Assembly: GCA_965263035.1 (NCBI GenBank)
Contig: OZ253580.1
Coordinates: 1,024,001-1,088,000 of the forward strand
From: Acidobacteriota bacterium
GTDB lineage: Bacteria; Acidobacteriota; UBA6911; RPQK01; JAJDTT01
DNA length: 64,000 nucleotides
Reading direction: 5' to 3'
In this document: positions 31,061-40,630 of the stretch, in pieces
Numbering within the stretch: the first letter of the stretch is position 1
Layout: every line of letters starts with the position of its first letter
The notes under the pieces: model-generated
Seen by the model: only the letters and a program-made list of their open reading frames with translations
Databases searched by the model: none
What the model was told of the DNA's origin: nothing
Made by a program: the position numbers and the translations under genes

Positions 31061-32899
31061 TTACGATTTTGAGGTTGAAAGCCGCACCTGAAGCAACTCT
31101 ACGGGCACCGACGGGTCACCTTGCTGAGCTGGTTGCACGCTCAACGCAAGAGAATTTGGTCCTTTCCTGATCAGGTTCCCGGGTACGTGCAGGCCGATCC
31201 ACGACTCCTGGCTACGCCGTGAATTTTCGACCCCCGAAGGGAAGCCGCTCTGGAGATCCATCCGCCCCCGGCCGTGTCCGGAAGACGTTCTGGGAACGGG
31301 AGTATCGTTGAGTGTCCAGCTCACGCGCCGCTGATCCACATCTCCCTTCCACTGGGTGAGGAGAACGGCTTGCTTTATGGAGTTCGGAGCATCTGAGACA
31401 TTCAGCGTAAACTCCACGCTTGCCACCCCGCTGACCGTGGTGAGCGCACGGGGAATTTGAGCAGGATAGCAGGCATCGGCCAGAGCCCCCTGCCCGGGCC
31501 GAACCGGAAAATCGGGGTCGACCTGATACAGCTTGTTTCCGTGAGCCAGCTCGGCGGGTTCTGCCAGCCTCGGCACTGTGCCAAAATCCTCTGGATCAGT
31601 GGGTCCGTGATGAGTGTGCCAGTCATAGAGGTAAATGCCATCGGCTCCTTCGTTCCAGAAACGGTAGGCGGCGGCGCGGACCGCATCATAGTTGGCAGGA
31701 TCGTCGTTGACGATGGCCGGGTCCCGGACATCGAACTTGGGCCGGCCGGTTCGGAACAAGGGGTGAATGCGGTCCAGGCAACCGTAAACGGGGACCTCGT
31801 TGCGTTGTCCCAATTCAACCCATTCGTCCATGGGAATGGAAAAGGGCATCAGACCCGAACCAGCCATCAACAAGTCGACCCATCCCCGTTCCGTCCAGGT
31901 TTCCGGATCCAGTCCTACCGCGAGACACAGCTCCAAGCTGTCCGGTACACGCACGGCAAGGAGAATCGGCCGGCCTTTCTGCTGAGCGTAGTGATCGAGC
32001 CGCTGGCGGACCTGGTGAACGAAATCATTCATGATGGGGATGTTTCGCCGCTGCTCGCCCAGCTTGAAGAACATGGGCATCCGGATCCAGTCCAGTTCGA
32101 CTCCGTCGACGTCATAGCGCTGGCAGATGCCTTCGACGACTTCCAGATAACGGGCCCGGGTTCCCTCCAGAGCGTAATTGTAAGCAGGCCACGACCAGAG
32201 ATCCCGGGATGCCAACCCTCTCCGGTCCAACACATCCTTGAGGGGATTCTCCTCGACGACTTGACGTCTCAGCTCGGACTCTGACGGGAGTACGTTGGAG
32301 GGCGTCTCGCCCTGCTGTGCCCTCTGTTCCTCCAACCGGATGAATTTCGTGACCCAGGGCAGATATTTTTTCTCCCAATGTTCTTGCGAGATGTAACCGA
32401 GTAGCAGCTCCGGGTGCTGGAGCCGAAACGGCACCCAGTATCCTCGATTGGGAGGGAAGTAGGCTGCATGGGTATCGTTCATTCGAATGGAATAAAAGAA
32501 CTCCATCCCGTTACGACGTGCGAAGTCGACGACGTGTTTGACCGGGTTGGGCGCCAGGACGGCGATCCTCTCGGTAGGAAACTCCCAATCAGGTTCGTTC
32601 GTGTGGCCGTTGTAGAAAATGGAGTTCACCTGAGTTCCTTCCAGGTACTTCATAGTGTAACTCAAGTATTGATCCACCGACTGGACCGGTGCAGGAAACG
32701 TTCCCCGCCCACGGGCAGTACTCTGGATGTCACTTCCATCGTTGTTCCACACCAGCCGACGATTACGGCGGCGGGCTGCAAGCCGGTCTCTTGGGATCGA
32801 TCTTGACCTCACGGCAGGACCTGCACTCTCCTGACTACAGGCCGTAGCCAGTGCAGTTACCGCTGTCAACTCTTTCAAAAAGACTCTTCGATTCTCCAA
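31061..32899 (-). CDS. Tat (lipo)protein, glycoside-hydrolase-like TIM barrel (GHL10-like)
   Basis: NRRVFLK...ATAC leader; WNNDG, SIRMNDTH, YDVDGVELDW, GADGIYLY; TTG 32899 follows GAGGAGGAG. Confidence 0.65.
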   Translation of the reverse strand: MENRRVFLKELTAVTALATACSQESAGPAVRSRSIPRDRLAARRRNRRLVWNNDGSDIQSTARGRGTFPAPVQSVDQYLSYTMKYLEGTQVNSIFYNGHTNEPDWEFPTERIAVLAPNPVKHVVDFARRNGMEFFYSIRMNDTHAAYFPPNRGYWVPFRLQHPELLLGYISQEHWEKKYLPWVTKFIRLEEQRAQQGETPSNVLPSESELRRQVVEENPLKDVLDRRGLASRDLWSWPAYNYALEGTRARYLEVVEGICQRYDVDGVELDWIRMPMFFKLGEQRRNIPIMNDFVHQVRQRLDHYAQQKGRPILLAVRVPDSLELCLAVGLDPETWTERGWVDLLMAGSGLMPFSIPMDEWVELGQRNEVPVYGCLDRIHPLFRTGRPKFDVRDPAIVNDDPANYDAVRAAAYRFWNEGADGIYLYDWHTHHGPTDPEDFGTVPRLAEPAELAHGNKLYQVDPDFPVRPGQGALADACYPAQIPRALTTVSGVASVEFTLNVSDAPNSIKQAVLLTQWKGDVDQRRVSWTLNDTPVPRTSSGHGRGRMDLQSGFPSGVENSRRSQESWIGLHVPGNLIRKGPNSLALSVQPAQQGDPSVPVELLQVRLSTSKS

Positions 32900-33290
32900 T
32901 TTACTCCTCCTCAAAATGTCCTTACTGTCAGCGTTTCTTCGCCCGCCCGCATCAAACTCCCGGTAAACGTCTTGTGGCGGCTTCCTGGAATGCGGAAGCT
33001 AGGAGCCTGCGCCGCAGAAATCGATCTACTGCGAAAGCGGTAGAATCGGTCCATATTTCCCCGATTTCTCGGCGAATAGAACAACTATGCACCTCCAAAT
33101 CGAGAAAATCTGGCCTCGATTCCCCACTTTCTCGCTACGATCATTTCTACCGCGCAGACTCCTAGTCCTCCGCTCTTCAACGAAGCATTCCAGGTTCCTT
33201 TCTGCAGCACCTGGCTGCTTCCCATTCGAGTCTGAGCCGCGACTCCTGACGGACGGTACTCAGATACAAATTCACCAATCCGAGCGAGTA

Positions 33291-34556
33291 CTAGACCCGC
33301 TCGATCTTGACTTCCAACAGATAGATTCGGCTGCGCTCGCCGGAGTTGGGAGGAACCGGCTCCCAGCCGAAAGGAGTTCGGTCGTAAACCAGAAAAACCC
33401 GGTTCGGAGAGACCTCGATCACATCGATGTACGCTGATGTTTGCTTTGCATTCATCTGAAAGGAACTTGGAGCCGTCCGATTGTGATAAGCTATAAGGTC
33501 GACGGATTCCCACTTCTGGCCACGGGAATCTCCGGAAATCCACAGAAAGAGTCCCGGCCGACCCGTCACGAGCGTCAAAGCACCATTGGCCAGCCGAAGC
33601 AGTTGGGGGGCCACACTGTAAGCCGGCAGCCGGTCCACCCGGGACCAACTCTTTCCCCCGTCACCGCTGTAGGCGCGCGCCAACTTCTGGTCTTCTCCGG
33701 AACCGACTCGGCTCACACACATCAAGTCTCCGTCTGCCAAACGCACCAGGCAGGGCTCATCGAAGCCTTCTTTGGCATCGGGTACGGAGTCGGGTCCGGC
33801 GATTGTGGACAAATAGCGCCAGTGACGCCCTCCATCGTCCGAGGCCACTGCAACGGTGCCCCACCGAGCGTCTCCGTCGAACCGCACGGAGATCGTAGCG
33901 ACGTATTGGTCCAATTCCAAAATATCGCTGAACCAGTTAATTCGGGCCCACCAAGTGCGGCTCTCCTGGGACCAGGGTTCGACATCACGCGGCAGTCCTT
34001 CCACTACAGCCCCCCACGGCTCTACCATATAGCGCTTCCCTCCCCGATCGTACGTCCATCGGTGTGCGGAGAAGCGGCGGAACTGTCCGGCGGGATCAGG
34101 TTTCAAGTAGGTCGACGTACCGATGATCCGGCCATCGCGCAGACTGATCCTGGGCTCGCCGCAGCCGTTGTGAAATCCATTCACATCGTAAGCAAAATCA
34201 AAGTTCAGTCCCTCGTCCGTGGAAACGTGAACCGCCTGAGTGTTGGTGAGATTGATATTGACATCCGCGTTCAGGGAATGATTGAGCATCAACTCACCGG
34301 TCGAAAACTTCTCCAGGCTCGGATACCAGCAGTGCCCGGACGTCGTTTCGGCCACGACCCGAGGTTGACCCAGCCGCAGTCGGAAGTCTCTGATCCGGAT
34401 CTCCTCTCGCACCGTGGTGAAGCTCCTGGTTGAGGTCGCAGACAGCCCCGCGACGCCAAGGGCTGCCAGATGCCTCGATCCAACCTGAATGAATTCGCGC
34501 CGGTTAGACTGTTCTTCCAGATTTCTCCGATACCGGTCCTTCCTTGTAGAGTCCAC
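33291..34556 (-). CDS. Tat-exported BNR/sialidase-like protein
   Basis: NRREFI leader; STDEG, SDDGGRHW, SGDGGKSW; FDEP. Confidence 0.8.
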   Translation of the reverse strand: MDSTRKDRYRRNLEEQSNRREFIQVGSRHLAALGVAGLSATSTRSFTTVREEIRIRDFRLRLGQPRVVAETTSGHCWYPSLEKFSTGELMLNHSLNADVNINLTNTQAVHVSTDEGLNFDFAYDVNGFHNGCGEPRISLRDGRIIGTSTYLKPDPAGQFRRFSAHRWTYDRGGKRYMVEPWGAVVEGLPRDVEPWSQESRTWWARINWFSDILELDQYVATISVRFDGDARWGTVAVASDDGGRHWRYLSTIAGPDSVPDAKEGFDEPCLVRLADGDLMCVSRVGSGEDQKLARAYSGDGGKSWSRVDRLPAYSVAPQLLRLANGALTLVTGRPGLFLWISGDSRGQKWESVDLIAYHNRTAPSSFQMNAKQTSAYIDVIEVSPNRVFLVYDRTPFGWEPVPPNSGERSRIYLLEVKIERV

Positions 34557-34704
34557 GGTTCCCTCCTATACGAAATTACGAAATATTCAAAGGCTCTTTG
34601 ATCATTTCGAATCAACTGGTGTGGAATCCCCTTTTCGGCCCCAAATCGGTGGCCATCTCCTGAAACAGACGCACCCGAGGACCCTCACTCAATGTCCCTC
34701 CTGG

Positions 34705-35811
34705 TCAGCGAAGCCGGAAGTGGCAGTAACGGCTACCGTGGATGTCCTTCTCGTGACACCAGTACCCAACGAAAAAAGATCCGTCGGAAAAGGTCGCAAT
34801 TCTGGGCTCTCCGAAGGCAAAGTCGGCCCAGTACATGGCCTCCGTATCCTCGTCCTCCTCCCGGAAACCGGCGACTGCCCTCCAGAGGATGTCTTCGAAC
34901 TCGAGATGAAAACCCTTTTCGTCAGGACGGGCGATGGCAAACCCCACACCGGGAGGATTGCCGTACCGACGGTTGAAAGCACAGGCTACCCGGCCATCCT
35001 GGAGTGCGTGAACGGCAGTCGTCTGGCCGATCAGCCCGGTGGATCGATTGGAGCAGAAGCTCTTGCCCCCGTCCCGGGAAATACTGTATTGGACAGGCAG
35101 ATCTTCACCCGCTTCCATATCTCGAGCATAGGCAATGCCGAGGACCCCGCCATCGGCCATCTCTTCCACCCATACCTCCTGGTAGGCAATTTTCCCGGAA
35201 GGATCATCCATGAATTCGGCGTAATCGGGCCAACTCTCTCCCTGATCATGGCTTATCATGACGGCCGCTTTGCCCTGATTGTCGTTCGCGCCGGTGTGAT
35301 CCAACCAGGGTGCAAAAGGAGCCAGCCAGCCTCCTTGCCGGGTGGCACAAATCACTCCGCCCACTTCGGGAGGCTCGGGATAGCACATGGGAATGGACCG
35401 GATAGGACTCCAGCTGACACCCTGGTCATCTGAGACAGAGAAAATCAGCTCGGTGTGGGAAGCGCCCCCGGTCTCGCGATCATAGTAGGTCTCGCCGGCA
35501 GCGGGAGTGTCCCAGAGCATCCCTAATCCCAGCAACTTTCCGTTCTGGGTCCGGCTCACATTGAGCCGCCCGCTCTTCCCGGACGAACGCCAGTCCCACA
35601 TCGGGCCCTGATCTTGCCAACTGCTTCCCCAATCGTCAGAGCGGAAGATTCGGCTATAACTGCGCCCGGTTCCGATTTCGAGGTGGAACCCGACGGACGC
35701 AACCAAAGTGTCGTCCGCCAAGCGGACGATCTGGCAGTGCCTGGGATAGGCTCCGTTTTCGTCCGGCTGGCTCAAGAAATAGCCCTCTGAAAATATTTCA
35801 ACTCTCTTCAC
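34705..35811 (-). CDS. BNR/sialidase-like protein (no obvious signal peptide)
   Basis: SDDWGSSW, SDDQGVSW, SHDQGESW, SRDGGKSF. Confidence 0.8.
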   Translation of the reverse strand: MKRVEIFSEGYFLSQPDENGAYPRHCQIVRLADDTLVASVGFHLEIGTGRSYSRIFRSDDWGSSWQDQGPMWDWRSSGKSGRLNVSRTQNGKLLGLGMLWDTPAAGETYYDRETGGASHTELIFSVSDDQGVSWSPIRSIPMCYPEPPEVGGVICATRQGGWLAPFAPWLDHTGANDNQGKAAVMISHDQGESWPDYAEFMDDPSGKIAYQEVWVEEMADGGVLGIAYARDMEAGEDLPVQYSISRDGGKSFCSNRSTGLIGQTTAVHALQDGRVACAFNRRYGNPPGVGFAIARPDEKGFHLEFEDILWRAVAGFREEDEDTEAMYWADFAFGEPRIATFSDGSFFVGYWCHEKDIHGSRYCHFRLR

Positions 35812-35982
35812 CGGTCGCCCTCCACGACTACGTGACAATTAAAGTTAGGATATGGCCCGACGATCTGCGACGGCTCTTCACGCCGAACCCCGCGGATTCG
35901 CCGAGTCGCCCAGGCCGACCATTTGACGGTGCTTTAGTCGAACAAGCTGAGCGCCTTGCTTTCCCGAATACGTCTCTGTTCT

Positions 35983-38460
35983 TCAATGTCCCACCACCAG
36001 GTAAGAAATCAGCAGCCAGGGCAGCAGGGCTAGACCGCCCCACATGAGATTTGTCTTCCAGCCTTTTTCGCGCGTCGGAAGCATGCTCAAGAGCGGGCCA
36101 AAAATCAGGCCCGCCAGTAAGGAGACGACGGCAATCCATTGAAAGCTCACACCGGGCTGGCCGGTCAACACGTCCCAGAAGACGATCAGAGCGCCTGCCA
36201 AAAAACTGTAAATGGCTCCAAACGCCGCCCCAAAAGGGGTGGCAAAGGATACGAACAGGGCCAAAAAGAAGAGAATGAACAGGGGGACCAGAAAGAGGTA
36301 GTTGGTCTTGACTGCCACCTCCTGGATGTTACCGGGCACCTTATCGATGACCGAACTGATCAAGACCACGGCTACTCCAATGCCCACAGTGAGATAGCGG
36401 GCTGTCGCCAGGTGATATCTTTCCGTGTCCTTCTTGGACCGGTTGAGAAAATCCACCATGATGACCGTAGAAACAGAGTTGATCCCAGAATCGAGACTGG
36501 ACATCACAGCGGCAAACATTGCCACAATCACTAATCCGGCCAAGCCGATAGGGAGATAGTTTGCAACGTAGTGTGGGAAAATATAGTCGGCATCTTCAAT
36601 CAGACTTTGACCGTCGGGAATGAGGTGCGGATTCACACTGAAAAAGCCAAGCAGCGCAAATCCGACTAACGCCAGGACCACGGTAATAAAGATGCCGGCC
36701 ACGGAGTTGACCAGGAAAGCGCGTCGTGCCGCCGTGGCGTCTCGGGTGGCCAGGTAGCGTTGAATCGCCAGTTGGTCGGAGCCGGCAGTACAAATCCAGT
36801 AGATCAGGCTGTTCAGAAAGGCGCCCACGACGGTGGCGCGCACTGCCGGGTCCAGGGAGAAAAAGGGCTGAACGTCCCAGTTGGGGGCCCAGGACGTCGG
36901 AAACCAAGCGTTAAAGCTTCCCAGTTCACGATTGATCATCACAATGGTGAGAACCGCTCCCCCGAAAAGAATAAAAAACTGTGTCACGTCGGTGATCACC
37001 ACGGCACGCAAGCCGCCCAGTGCCGTGTAAATCACGGTAACGAATCCAGCCACGATCACGATATAAGGGAGAGTTTCCAGAGGCCAACCCAATACCACCA
37101 CCATGACTCTTCCCGTGAGGTAAATCATCAGCGCCATCCATACCAGTCGGGTGACGATGAAAATGAACGAGCCCAGCAATCGGATCCGGGTTCCGAGCCG
37201 GCGTTCCAGGATCTCGTAGGCGCTGGTGATGGGCAGACGCACCAGATACGGAATCAGGCCGTAACCGACGATGACATAGATGAGCGGGATCATTGCCACA
37301 CTGGCGAGAACTACGGGGCCATGTTTGATCATCTCCCCGGGATGAGCCAGGTAGGAAACCGTACTGAGTAGAGTGGCGAAAAGGGATATGCCAATGGCAA
37401 AGGAATTCATTTGTCGTCCGCCCACAAAAAATTCCTCGGTACTTTCCATCTTGCGCGATAGAAACCATCCGACCCCCAAGACTGCAGTGCCGTAAAAGAG
37501 CATCACGGTCCAATCCAGCCAACTCAAACCCCGATGTTGCCGGCGTTCGATACGCAAAAGGGCGTGAGCCGCGCCGACGCGCACATCGATATCCTCGCTC
37601 CTCAGCAGTGCGTCCAGTACATCCTCATCTAGCCGATCTCCCGCAGTTCCCAGGGCACCGCACACTTCGACTTTCTGCGCCGTGTTCCCCGTTGTGAGGT
37701 ATTCCAACAACTCCTGCCGAGCCTTCGACCTTCGTTCTCCGGAGGAATGGACGAAAAAGGCGCCCAGGGCATAGACTCGGCTGCGGTCCTCGGAGGATAG
37801 GCTGAACGCGATTTGCTCTAGTCGAGCCAAGGAAGCGGGCTGGATCTTTTTCAAGTTCCGCAGTGCGTAACTGACGGTAGCGCGCCCGTCCGAAGAGTCC
37901 AGGAGCTTAGCCAGGGCCACTTCGTCGTCAGCGTCCCCTGAGTTGGCTAAGGCCCACCGGGCGAAGGCGCGAAAAGAGCCTTTATCCTCCCTCGCGACCC
38001 GTAGGAGTTCCGCTGGCCGCTCGGAGTAGCCCAGTTTGGCCAGCGCTTCCACGGCGTGCACTCGGTCCGCTCCTTGTACATCCAAAAAGGCCTGTCGGAT
38101 TTTTCCGGTATGCCGTTTGGCGGCCGCTTGATTGTTGCCTTGCGCTTTGGCCAACGCTCTCCACAGCCCGATGCGATAGAAGGGACCCGCGTTTGCCAAT
38201 TCCTCTTCCAGCGCTTCCTTGACTCCCGCGTAGTAGCCATTCCAGAGCAGTGCCTCGGCGGCTCGCACCTTGGTCCACTGGCGGCCTTCTTCCAATGCCT
38301 GACGCAGGATGAATACCGCCCGTTCCCGACGTTCACCCTGCTGAGTCAATGACGTTGTGGGCGCGGCACCAACCCACGCTATGGACAGGACGAAGCTCAG
38401 GCAGCTGACCCACAGCAGCAAGTAAACGGGCGCTATGCTGAAAACTGCGGAGAAGCGCAC
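35983..38460 (-). CDS. Sodium:solute symporter with N-terminal signal peptide and HEAT-repeat domain
   Basis: SSS motifs FFVGGR, SLFATLLSTVSYL, YTALGGLRAVVITD, DQLAIQRYL, AAVMSSLDSGINS; about 270 aa of HEAT-like repeats (KVRAAEAL, RVHAVEALAKL, VRVGAAHAL) precede them. Confidence 0.88.
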   Translation of the reverse strand: MRFSAVFSIAPVYLLLWVSCLSFVLSIAWVGAAPTTSLTQQGERRERAVFILRQALEEGRQWTKVRAAEALLWNGYYAGVKEALEEELANAGPFYRIGLWRALAKAQGNNQAAAKRHTGKIRQAFLDVQGADRVHAVEALAKLGYSERPAELLRVAREDKGSFRAFARWALANSGDADDEVALAKLLDSSDGRATVSYALRNLKKIQPASLARLEQIAFSLSSEDRSRVYALGAFFVHSSGERRSKARQELLEYLTTGNTAQKVEVCGALGTAGDRLDEDVLDALLRSEDIDVRVGAAHALLRIERRQHRGLSWLDWTVMLFYGTAVLGVGWFLSRKMESTEEFFVGGRQMNSFAIGISLFATLLSTVSYLAHPGEMIKHGPVVLASVAMIPLIYVIVGYGLIPYLVRLPITSAYEILERRLGTRIRLLGSFIFIVTRLVWMALMIYLTGRVMVVVLGWPLETLPYIVIVAGFVTVIYTALGGLRAVVITDVTQFFILFGGAVLTIVMINRELGSFNAWFPTSWAPNWDVQPFFSLDPAVRATVVGAFLNSLIYWICTAGSDQLAIQRYLATRDATAARRAFLVNSVAGIFITVVLALVGFALLGFFSVNPHLIPDGQSLIEDADYIFPHYVANYLPIGLAGLVIVAMFAAVMSSLDSGINSVSTVIMVDFLNRSKKDTERYHLATARYLTVGIGVAVVLISSVIDKVPGNIQEVAVKTNYLFLVPLFILFFLALFVSFATPFGAAFGAIYSFLAGALIVFWDVLTGQPGVSFQWIAVVSLLAGLIFGPLLSMLPTREKGWKTNLMWGGLALLPWLLISYLVVGH

Positions 38461-38996
38461 TCCTCCCGGGGACTTGGAAGTTCCGCCGTTCCTATCAGAG
38501 AGACGAGGCTGTATGAATATATGGAATCTTAGAAATTATAGATTAACTAATTACATATAGTTTGCAAGAATGATGTCCCAATGTCAAGGGTACGAGTCTT
38601 CGGAAGTTCCCCCATTTTGGGAAAAAACCGACCCATTTCACTTGTCTAGTCATCTTGTTCGCCTGTTATCAATCACTTGAGGCGATTCCACCTCAGTTTT
38701 TGTGGAAACTCCTTGTCTCGGTGGTCTTGACATATCGGTCTGGAATTCCCCTTTTTTTCTGACTCGCTTTACGGGACTGCTTCGGGAACACCCTCACCAA
38801 GACCCGTTGTTCCCTCATCATGAGTATTTTCGTTGGTGTCCTTCTCTAGCTCATTTCAGGTACTGTTCTTGATTGAGGCAACAATTCCATTTCGGGTGCT
38901 TACATGGTGAGGAAACTCGGACCTTTACCGGCGAGGAGATCGAAACTATCCTTGTCCAAAATGCGACCCGACTTCTAGCCTTCGTCTGAACCGACA

Positions 38997-40592
38997 ATGC
39001 CACCCGAACTGATCATCTCCAACGGAACCCTGCTGGACGGGACCGGCGCCCCGCCGAGAACCGGTGACGTGGCCGTCTCCCAGGGCAGAATCTCGGACGT
39101 CGGGAACCTCGGAGCCGTCGCGGATGTCCCCCGGATCGATGCCTCCGGCCTCTACGTGACACCCGGCTTCATCGACATCCACAGCCACTCCGACTATTCC
39201 CTGGTGGTGGACCCGCGGGCGGTCAGCGCCATCAGTCAGGGAGTGACCCTGGAGGTCATCGGAAATTGCGGCCACGGCTGCGCACCCGTGGAGAGTGTGG
39301 AGTTGGCGGCCAGCAACATCTACGGCTACCAGTCCTCGCTGGGCATCCCCTGGAAGACCATGGCCCAGTACCTGGAGCACCTGGAGTCCCTCGAACCGGC
39401 CCTCAACGTCGCCACGCTGGCCGCCAACGGCAACCTTCGCCTGGCCACGCTGGGCCTGGCGGATCGCCCCGCCGACCCGGGAGAGTTGAGACAGATGGAG
39501 AAGCGCCTCTCCCAGGCCCTGGAGGAAGGGGCGTTCGGATACTCCACGGGGCTGGAGTACAACTGCGAGCAGGGAGCCAGCGAAGAGGAGGTGGCGGCCC
39601 TGTGCCGCGTGGCCCGGAAGGCGGGCGGCTTCTACGCCACCCACACCCGAAACCGGGCGGGGGAGGCCCGGGAGACCATCGCCGAGGCGATCCGGACCGC
39701 CGCGGCGGCGCGGATCCCGCTGCAGATCTCGCACATCGCCACCGTGGCCCGGTTGGCGCCGGACAGCCACTGGGCGGTCCAGCAAGCTCTCGACCAGGTG
39801 GAGGAAGCTCGCGCCCGCGGTCAGGACGTCACCTTCGACCAGCACACCCGCATCTTCGGCACCACCAATCTCAGCACCATGCTCCCCCAATGGGCCTTGG
39901 AGGGAGGCCCCGGTGCCATTGCGGAACGGCTCAAGGACTCCCGCATCCGCAAGGAGATGAGCGAACACCACAGCATCATCGTCTCGCTGGCTCAGCGAGA
40001 CTGGAACCGGATCGTGGTCTTCCGCAGCCGGGCGCTGCCGGAGATCTCCCAGAAGAGCCTGGCCGAGATCGCCGAGACCTGGAACCTGGAGATCTTCGAC
40101 ACGGTCTGCGAAATCCTGCTGGCGGAGATCGACGATCTGCACGCCACCATGGTCATCTGCTTCGCCTACGAAGAAGCGGACCTCCACCTGCCCTTCGCCA
40201 GTCCCCACTGCATGCCCGGTTCCGACGCCATCGCGCTGGCGCCGGACGGCCCCCTGAAGAACGAGACCTTTCATGGAGCCTACACCTGGGCCGGCTACTT
40301 CTACCGCACCTTCGTCCGGGACAAGGGCCTGCTCACACCCCAGGAAGCCGTCCGCCGCATGACCTCATTCCCCGCTGCGCGCCTGGGTCTCACGGACCGG
40401 GGCACGATCCGGAAGGGCAACTGGGCCGACTTGGCCATTTTCGATCCCGAGTCCTTCGCCGACTGCGGAACGACTTTCGATCCGAACCGGGTCTGCCGGG
40501 GAATGGTCCACGTGCTGGTCAACGGAACGCCGGTCCTGGAGTCGGGACGGCTGACCGGGGCCAGACCGGGACAGGTGCTGCGCAGCGGTTAG
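38997..40592 (+). CDS. N-acyl-D-amino-acid deacylase (D-aminoacylase)
   Basis: PGFIDIHSHSD, QGVT, GNCG, STGLEY, SH, GSD, MTSFPA, ADLAIFDP. Confidence 0.92.
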   Translation: MPPELIISNGTLLDGTGAPPRTGDVAVSQGRISDVGNLGAVADVPRIDASGLYVTPGFIDIHSHSDYSLVVDPRAVSAISQGVTLEVIGNCGHGCAPVESVELAASNIYGYQSSLGIPWKTMAQYLEHLESLEPALNVATLAANGNLRLATLGLADRPADPGELRQMEKRLSQALEEGAFGYSTGLEYNCEQGASEEEVAALCRVARKAGGFYATHTRNRAGEARETIAEAIRTAAAARIPLQISHIATVARLAPDSHWAVQQALDQVEEARARGQDVTFDQHTRIFGTTNLSTMLPQWALEGGPGAIAERLKDSRIRKEMSEHHSIIVSLAQRDWNRIVVFRSRALPEISQKSLAEIAETWNLEIFDTVCEILLAEIDDLHATMVICFAYEEADLHLPFASPHCMPGSDAIALAPDGPLKNETFHGAYTWAGYFYRTFVRDKGLLTPQEAVRRMTSFPAARLGLTDRGTIRKGNWADLAIFDPESFADCGTTFDPNRVCRGMVHVLVNGTPVLESGRLTGARPGQVLRSG

Positions 40593-40630
40593 GGTCGACT
40601 CCAGCGCTTGGGCGGTCCCGGAAATCCGAT

